Positions 59,723 through 64,000 of a DNA stretch of 64,000 nucleotides are shown here, in pieces (the stretch's first letter is position 1; each line of letters opens with the position of its first letter). Made by a program: the position numbers and the translations under genes. The notes under the pieces were generated by a model, which worked only from the letters and a program-made list of their open reading frames with translations, was not told the origin of the DNA and did not search any database. The DNA is taken from the NCBI GenBank assembly GCA_029953675.1, contig JAMWBK010000011.1, positions 62,001 to 126,000 of the forward strand. The letters run 5' to 3'. Source of the DNA: Rhodosorus marinus CCMP1338. Taxonomy: Eukaryota > Plantae > Rhodophyta.

Positions 59723-60706
59723 ATCTATGGATCAGTGGACTAACACAAAGTATAGCAGCAGAGACAGCGATGATCATTGCGGACGGTTCGAACCTGTACA
59801 CTGGAAAACGCGATGGCGCAGGAAATCTCCACAAAACGGTTTGTATTAGCGCGTTGCGGTGATTCTAGCTACTCAGTCCCTCCTATAACAATCGCTGCAA
59901 CGCACAACACTCGGAGAAACGAAAGGCGCTCGTGGTTGATGCTTGTTTGTAAGATTCTATCTTGCAAGCCTTCTGGACGCGCTGTGTTTCCAAAGTTTTT
60001 GAACACAGGAGTTGCCAAGTAAATACCCTCTGCACGCGCAGCTGCAGTGAGAAATTGGTACTCCTCGCAAAACTGTCGCTCGGAAACTGTCTGCACCAGT
60101 GAAACCAGATGTCGCCCAGCTGGCAGATCTGAGCCACGTCAATATCGCTCAACTTCACGGCACAGACTGCTGTACGGTGCGGACGGTCTAGTAACCAGTG
60201 ATACCCTTTGTTAGATATTAGGGGCTATAGGACGTAACTCTCATTTAAGCCGCAATGCCAAACCCAAAAGCAAACGTGATGCCACAACTAATCCAATTAC
60301 ACTTATCCATCTCATTTTACCCAAAGCCTCCTCGAGTACCCCTAAAATATTAATCAAACAATTAATACTAAGTGGACCTCGTCGCATTGCTTAACAGTCA
60401 CTTAGGTGACACTCATATTCACTCTCCGTTATCAAAAAGAACCTATGGAGTGGTTTGCCCATTATTTTGTCAACTCGACGGATCTTAATTTTATTATAAC
60501 TGTCACGTGAACCAACTGAAATCTCCGATTGTTTGTATTTCCTTAGTTTTTATAAGTTTGCTTTATTCTTTGAGATATGATGATGGTCGGGATGGCTAGG
60601 CCTTAGCTGGAAGACTGAATCCCTGGGGTACCTAGTTCTTCCTGGGCTTGGGAACGAAATGCCAGTACGGTAACCAGTGAAAATTCTGTCCTGGTTTGTA
60701 TTCAAG

Positions 60707-62519
<1,813 letters not shown>

Positions 62520-62809
62520 AGGCATAGAAGGGAATCAAGAATATCACCACGCCTCAGACTTTCTCCGACTACCAACCAAACAAGACGTCTCTGCAAACTT
62601 TGCATACGTGCAAGCCATCTTGGCAACCGCTAAGGAAAACATCAAACCAACTGTCTTTGGCACCAGACCTAAACCAACGTCACCTTCCTCCTCCATCATC
62701 CAGGATGTAACATCCATCTCAGCGACTACTCATCAAGACATTGTTCCCCCGAACTCTTCGAGATCTATTGGTTCCCTCCGACCACCGCTCCACGCGATGC
62801 CACCAACTT

Positions 62810-63305
62810 CCAAGGCAACTGTTCAGCAACCATCGAAGCAACTCTGTCACTCGGGACAGACTACCTTGACCTCTGCAGTACTTGATCTTTGCTTCAGGAC
62901 AGCCAGCATCTAGCATAGAACACCTTAACCGACCTTGACGATTCTCACCGAGATGGTAAATACTCCAGAGCCAACAAACGTCACCATCGACCAATCTGAG
63001 GACATCTTCTCACTCCCTCTTCATCTGCAACCAACAACCATACTTAAAATCTCCATCGCTGTTCATCGAAGCAACTTCGTCAGTCCGGACAGGCTATCTT
63101 GACCTTTGCAGTCCTTGACCTTTCCTTTTTGACAGTCAGCATCTAGTACATCTAGACCACCTTAACCGTCCTCAACCACTCTCACAGAAGTGGTAAAGTA
63201 TTGTGGAGCCCCAACAACGGGACTTGAGTCGAGTTCGGGATTGAGGGATTGCCGTTCACTATCGACCCATTCTGAAGAGATCTTCTTATTATCTCTTCAT
63301 CTGCG
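62810..63305. repeat. Diverged direct repeat, 233-bp period, 2 units
   Basis: aagcaact at 62836/63069, cagYcagcatctag at ~62900/63133, and atcgacc..tctga.ga.atcttct...ctcttcatctgc in both units. Confidence 0.8.
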
Positions 63306-63356
63306 AATTGGGCTTTTTGTGATTGCGATTTGAAGCTCCATCTTCTTCGTTAGAGG

Positions 63357-63776
63357 ATGATTGAGGTGGTCTGCAACGATCGTCTAGGTGAGTTGTTAGA
63401 TTGGTGAACGTGACTAGGGCGTTGGAAGGTTTATGTTTTCTGTATTTGCTGATGAAGCTGGTTTTTGGTTTTCGCGGGACAAAGGGAGAAAGATTCGGGT
63501 GAAATGTAACCCTGATGATACAATTGGAGATCTTAAGAAGTTGCTAGCAGCTCAGACGGGAACGAGACCGGAGAAGATTAGAATACAGAAGTGGTATACG
63601 GTCTACAAGGACCATATTACTCTTGAGTAAGTTTTAGAGAGCTTTGCTTCGAAGGCTTAGAATCTACGGGTTCGGGACTAGTTTTGACCCCTTCTTAAGT
63701 GAAAACTTTTTGCTGAATTTGTCGTAGGGACTATGAGATTCACGATGGTATGGGCCTTGAGCTGTACTACAACTAA
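63357..63776 (+). CDS. UBL5: Ubiquitin-like protein 5 / Hub1 (2 introns)
   Basis: [11 protein letters not shown]|[47 protein letters not shown]|[15 protein letters not shown]. Confidence 0.97.
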
Positions 63777-64000
63777 GCTTTCGACCGCAACGTCTTCTGC
63801 ATGGAGAGGTGAACAGAGACTATAATCCTTCGTACATGCGTACTAAGATTTGTGCTAGTCTCCAAGTTTTTTGCTTGGATGGAGCATGTTTTTAAGTAGA
63901 ACGTAGTCTGGGGTTACGTGGAGTCAGCAGACGAAGCAAAGTGACCAGAGCTTGCCTGGTGAAGGTGGAAGGAGAACTGCGAGTACAAGAGAAGTTGTGT

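Overview
Eukaryotic nuclear DNA from a compact genome with short spliceosomal introns (mostly 60-130 nt). A red-alga-like phototroph is inferred from plastid-transit-like N-termini and a eukaryotic Lin0512 protein; this is not proven. The window has two halves. The left ~38 kb is gene-poor. It opens with nested retroelement remains (a gag CCHC knuckle, a fold-back inverted repeat, a near-complete CRE-clade RLE non-LTR retrotransposon broken by nonsense codons, and a copia-like protease fragment). These are followed by a head-to-tail array of six intronless paralogues of a 693-737 aa membrane protein family that I cannot assign. Its predicted layout is TM, conserved cytosolic loop, TM, a ~520 aa ectodomain with 8 invariant Cys, TM, and a VPxT..W tail. 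The spacers hold palindromes, motif clusters and a frameshifted Cys-rich secreted-protein gene. The right ~26 kb is gene-dense housekeeping: UNC-50, two Lin0512-family genes, an unknown plastid-targeted protein, a YbaK-like deacylase, topoisomerase III alpha, WDR61/Ski8, TIM44, an ARP4-like protein, two tandem dihydrolipoamide dehydrogenase genes (the second with an in-frame TAG) and UBL5/Hub1. The best novelty candidates are the six-gene membrane-protein array and an array of ~30-nt covarying stem-loops in the oversized third intron position of TIM44. All exon structures were read by eye and no database searches were run.
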